A DNA stretch of 64,000 nucleotides from the human T2T-CHM13v2.0 reference genome, Homo sapiens: contig CP068257.2 of assembly GCA_009914755.4 (NCBI GenBank), forward strand, positions 24,288,001-24,352,000, in the 5' to 3' direction. Of the stretch, positions 62,604 to 64,000 are shown piece after piece. A program made the translations under genes and the position numbers. Positions within the stretch are counted from its first letter, which is position 1. Each line of letters begins with the position of its first letter. The notes below the pieces were generated by a model. That model saw nothing but the letters and a program-made list of their open reading frames with translations. It was not told the origin of the DNA and made no database searches.

Positions 62604-64000
62604 TTATTTCATCATGAATACATCAATATTCCGAAATCCAAAATCTGAAGCACTTCTGGTCCCATTTTAGAGAAGAGATATTTAACCTGTATTCAAAGTA
62701 GATGGCCCTTCTTTTTAAAAAATGCTGAGTTGCTAAGCAATCCAGTTCCTTTCAATTTTAGGGTCATCTCTAATTATTATGGCTTTGAAGAAAAAGCCAT
62801 TCTTCCTATCTAAGCATTTCCAGATACCAAAGATTTAGCTTTTCACACTTGTTAATCTGATAGAATATACTGGCACTGACGTGACAGGTAGTTTAATTCA
62901 CCATCACATCTTTTAATGCTTTAAAATTGTTCTCCCTCCCTAGGTTGGTTGGGGAGCAAAGTGTAATCCCAGGTTGCCTAATCTAATTTGGCAGTTTTAG
63001 TTCCAATGGTATTGCAGAATGTGCTAATGGGAACTAACATTTGCTACTGCACAGTGAAAAGAACAAGAATAGTGTGATTAAGAACAATAGTTCAAATTTG
63101 GCCAAAGATTAAATGGCCTAGGCATTCAGACTTCTGTCTTATGGCTCCTGTCTTTACAACGACCCTGGGGTTAAGGTGGCATATTCCATTGAAAGGCTGC
63201 GTGGTGTGAGTTTTCTACGATTTGAAAATTATGAGCTTCTGCGGCAACAAACTTGGAACCTGGGGATGGAACTTGGGGCCTGACTTGTTAAGTTCCAATT
63301 CTTTTCATATTCTCTGTAAGTGTACCAGTCTGTTTCATGTCATCTGGACCATTCTGATGTGCCTAGAAATCAATCTTTTTCCCTCCCTCAATCCTGCATG
63401 GGGTCAGGCCTACACCTCTGCACAAACTATAAGGCCATAAACATAATCCTAAAGTACAAATAACCTGTGTAGCAAGACTATAGGACATCTCTACAGATGG
63501 TTGTCCTCCAGCATATCCTGGGATTCTAGGAAACTAAGATGAAACAGAGAGGAGAAAGGGGTGGTGCATAGGTGAACCAATGACTTCAAACTAAGGGATT
63601 TGCTGGTTTCTCTTCTGCTGCCACAGTAGCTTACATTAGAGCAGGAAAACTACGAGACCTTCAATACTATAGTCAGGACAGCAACAGCAACTTCCACTTT
63701 ACCTTGCAAATATTGAGAGCTTGGACAATAGTCTAACAAATTCAATTTCAAACATCTGTCGAGAATTGGATGATGCTGACATTCTAACATTTCAACATGC
63801 CCCCAAATTTGTGGAAAGTACACGTGTTTACACCAGGAGAGTTCTATCTCTGAGTCAGATGTGGGGAAACTACTACTCTAGAACAGGATTCTCAACCAGA
63901 ATGTGACCCCCTGGGCACATTTAGCAATGTCTAGAGACATTTTTAGTTATCACAGCTGGAGTTGTGTTAATGGCATTTAGTGGGTAGGGGTCAGGGGTAC

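Overview
This window is primate (human-type) nuclear genomic DNA, not a prokaryotic or phage locus, and I found no novel biological system in it. About 30 Alu SINEs, old L1 fragments and MaLR LTRs fill the window, and simple-sequence tracts and Alu-derived pseudo-ORFs dominate the ORF track.

Five exons on the minus strand have canonical AG/GT boundaries and splice into one continuous reading frame. That frame reproduces the central (E2) domain of the amyloid-beta precursor protein, APP (chromosome 21q21). By the standard 18-exon numbering they are:
- exon 9: 52479-52612, 134 bp
- exon 10: 46074-46148, 75 bp
- exon 11: 45190-45348, 159 bp
- exon 12: 25716-25844, 129 bp
- exon 13: 24683-24782, 100 bp

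These sizes match the exon sizes I recall for APP. The rest of the window is intron: part of intron 8, introns 9-12, and at least 24.6 kb of intron 13. I could not find exons 7, 8 or 14 in the window.

Within this ordinary intronic background, the observations worth a second look are:
- conserved functional motifs (RERMS, the NQS sequon) inside the exons
- a roughly 250 bp pure polypurine tract in intron 11 that could form H-DNA or G-quadruplexes
- a compact nested palindrome cluster in intron 8
- several closely spaced inverted Alu pairs
- an Alu insertion whose tail and target-site duplication were later duplicated again
- a possible ERV-type solo LTR

All coordinates were hand-counted from the printed sequence. 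Exon boundaries should be exact or within 1-2 bp. Repeat boundaries are approximate, about 5-10 bp either way.
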